DNA from: Gammaproteobacteria bacterium
GTDB lineage: Bacteria; Pseudomonadota; Gammaproteobacteria; Steroidobacterales; Foliamicaceae
Assembly: GCA_009844425.1 (NCBI GenBank)
Contig: VYBN01000033.1
Coordinates: 72,550-136,549, forward strand
Length of the DNA: 64,000 bases
Reading direction: 5' to 3'
Of this stretch, positions 62,642 to 64,000 are shown in pieces. The number at the start of each line of letters is the position of its first letter. Positions within the stretch are counted from its first letter, which is position 1. A model generated the notes under the pieces. That model did no database searches. It was not told where the DNA came from and saw only the letters and a list, made by a program, of their open reading frames with translations. The position numbers were made by a program, and so were the translations under genes.

Positions 62642-64000
62642 ATGCGTCTTAAGAGGATCCGCCTGGCCGGTTTCAAGTCCTTCCCGGACCCGGTCAATAT
62701 CGAGGTTCCCACCAAATCGCTCGCCGTAGTCGGCCCCAACGGCTGCGGAAAATCAAACATCATCGACGCGGTCCGCTGGGTGCTGGGCGAAATCTCCGCC
62801 CGCCAGCTTCGCAGCGGGGCGATGGCCGAAGTCATCTTCAACGGCTCGTCACGGCGCACGGCGCTGGGGGCGGCGACCGTGGAGTTGCTGTTCGACAATA
62901 CCGAGCCCGTTCCGATTTCGAGGTTCGCGGACTACGGCGAAATCACCGTGCGGCGTACGGTGCGGCGCGACGGCATTTCCGAGTACTACCTGAACAATTC
63001 CCGCTGCCGGCGCAAGGACATCACCCAGATGTTCGCCGGTACCGGCCTCGGCATAGGCGGTTACGCCATCATCGAGCAGAGCATGATCAACCTTCTGGTC
63101 GAGGGCCGTCCGGACGAATTGCGCGCCTATCTCGAGGAGGCGGCGGGTGTGTCGGGCTACCGGCAGAGGCGGCGCGAGACCACCCTGCGCATTGCGCGCA
63201 CCCGCGAGAACCTGGAGCGGCTGGCGGAGCGGCGCGCGGAACTGGCCAGCAGTTTGCGCCGGCTCAAGCGCCAGGCCTCGGCGGCCGGGCGCTACCGCAA
63301 GAACCTGAGCGAGAAGAGGCAGGTGCAGGCTCAACGCCTGTCGCTCGGCATTCGCGACCTGGACCGGCTGCTCGAGCAGAAGAAGGTCGATGGCCGCGCG
63401 CGGGAAACGGAGCTTGCCCGGGTCGAGGCGGAGCACCGGGGCCTGGAGGCGCGCATGCTCTCCGCGCGCGAGCAGCAGACGGAGGCGCAGGCGGCCTTTG
63501 ACGAGGCCAACCGCGCCTATTACGAACTGCAGGCGGAAATCGCGGGCCTTGAGGATACCGTCGACACGCAGCAGGCCCTGGGCCGCGAGCGCGAGACCGA
63601 ACTGACGCAACTGGCTGAAAGACTTGAGGAATTGCGCATCGAACTCAAGGAGGAAGCGGGCGCTCGCGAGCGGCGCAAGAGCATGCTTGCCGAACTGGAG
63701 CCGGAACTCAAGGCGGCGCGGGAGGAAGAGGCCAACCTGCGCGCTCGATCCGAACAGGCCGTGGACCGCCAGTCGCGCTGGGAAGCGGACCGGCATGCGG
63801 CGCAAATGCGCCTTCAGTCGCTGCGCCAGGAGCGCGAGATTCTGCTGCGTGAGCGGCTGGCCGGCCTCGTATCGTTGCAGGAAGCCGCGCGCCGGCGCAG
63901 TGGCGAGAAGGCCGTTGAATGGCTGAACAGGAGCGGTCTGGCCGCACGTCCCCGACTGTCCCAGAAACTCAGGGTATCGCGCCGCTGGCGCGGCGCCGTG
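62642..64000 (+). CDS. smc: Chromosome segregation protein SMC, 5' part (runs off window; absent from ORF track)
   Basis: Manual translation [57 protein letters not shown], coiled coil, then hinge-like [14 protein letters not shown]. Confidence 0.95.
   Translation, partial: MRLKRIRLAGFKSFPDPVNIEVPTKSLAVVGPNGCGKSNIIDAVRWVLGEISARQLRSGAMAEVIFNGSSRRTALGAATVELLFDNTEPVPISRFADYGEITVRRTVRRDGISEYYLNNSRCRRKDITQMFAGTGLGIGGYAIIEQSMINLLVEGRPDELRAYLEEAAGVSGYRQRRRETTLRIARTRENLERLAERRAELASSLRRLKRQASAAGRYRKNLSEKRQVQAQRLSLGIRDLDRLLEQKKVDGRARETELARVEAEHRGLEARMLSAREQQTEAQAAFDEANRAYYELQAEIAGLEDTVDTQQALGRERETELTQLAERLEELRIELKEEAGARERRKSMLAELEPELKAAREEEANLRARSEQAVDRQSRWEADRHAAQMRLQSLRQEREILLRERLAGLVSLQEAARRRSGEKAVEWLNRSGLAARPRLSQKLRVSRRWRGAV

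Overview
High-GC gammaproteobacterial chromosome segment, mostly core genes. In order: murA(3' end)-sspA-sspB, gmhA/diaA-yraN-lpoA-rsmI, metK-ahcY-(UbiD-family)-glmM-tpiA-secG-tRNA-Leu-nuoA..N, an aromatic/solute catabolic patch (SLC13, SnoaL-like, HpaB/HpaC-MarR, SSS transporter, cyclase), recQ, DsbD-like/TlpA, an amidohydrolase/beta-carbonic anhydrase cluster, tRNA-fMet-rimP-nusA-infB-rbfA-truB-rpsO-pnp, a TPR protein, dksA, queF and smc (5' part). One ~9.8 kb lower-GC accessory/defence island lies between rsmI and metK. It carries an orphan HI1420-type antitoxin with a 5'-truncated toxin, a DUF1778/GNAT toxin-antitoxin pair, a DUF222-HNH endonuclease gene and a large Type III restriction-modification system. 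The most striking unexplained signal is inside the DUF222-HNH gene: four copies of a parS-like palindrome (GTTYCCGCGGRAAC), with compensatory arm changes and in two different reading frames. The protein's N-terminal helical segment resembles the ParB DNA-binding region, suggesting a nuclease that carries its own binding sites. Other oddities are a PNPase with two S1 domains, an SMC with an apparently short coiled-coil arm, a one-cysteine DksA, and two ~100 bp nested inverted-repeat elements upstream of tRNA-fMet. All calls come from reading motifs by eye; no database searches were run.
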